A stretch of 21,155 bases of DNA from Amoeboradix gromovi X-113 (taxonomy: Eukaryota; Fungi; Sanchytriomycota): assembly GCA_018985225.1 (NCBI GenBank), contig JADGIF010000095.1, positions 1 to 21,155 on the forward strand. The letters run 5' to 3'. Under the pieces are notes generated by a model. The model was not told where the DNA came from and ran no database searches. It was given only the letters and a program-made list of their open reading frames with translations. Below, one piece after another: positions 21,056 through 21,155 of this stretch. The stretch's first letter is position 1; the number at the start of each line of letters is the position of its first letter. The translations under genes and the position numbers were made by a program.

Positions 21056-21155
21056 TAACTCGTTTTTAAAGGTGCTCCATGCTATCATTAATAAAAGATC
21101 TTCTATTATACCAATTTTCTTTCATTGATTGTATTCCTCTTTTCAAAATAAAAGT

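Overview
Gene-dense, AT-rich eukaryotic nuclear DNA in the standard genetic code. It is most likely from an early-diverging fungus or fungal relative with a highly compacted genome (inference from a Chs4/Skt5-like Sel1-CaaX protein and a proteinase K-type subtilase; Pet100 and a mitochondrial carrier point to respiring mitochondria). About 18 genes lie nearly end to end: Hse1/STAM-like SH3 protein, Rpn12, subtilase, TAF12, Emw1/TTC27, Pet100, UGP1, Has1, a BED-finger protein, uS8/Rps22, Gpi2, Flx1-like carrier, eIF2-beta, Trs20-like, Era, two orphans and the Sel1 protein. Two things stand out. (1) All four introns I can reconstruct are exactly 19 nt and share one layout (GTA...YTMAY.YAG, branch A at -6). 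(2) Four of the larger intergenic gaps hold diverged copies of one repeat. It consists of the 3' end of a TnpB/Fanzor2-type nuclease gene (E-x-x-T-S, zinc ribbon, DRD..AARNI) followed by a ~115-nt structured segment ending TT(A/G)A(C/T)G, consistent with an omegaRNA scaffold or element right end. There are at least five copies of this end, one with no coding remnant. No intact Fanzor ORF or transposase is in the window. All alignments and folds were done by eye.
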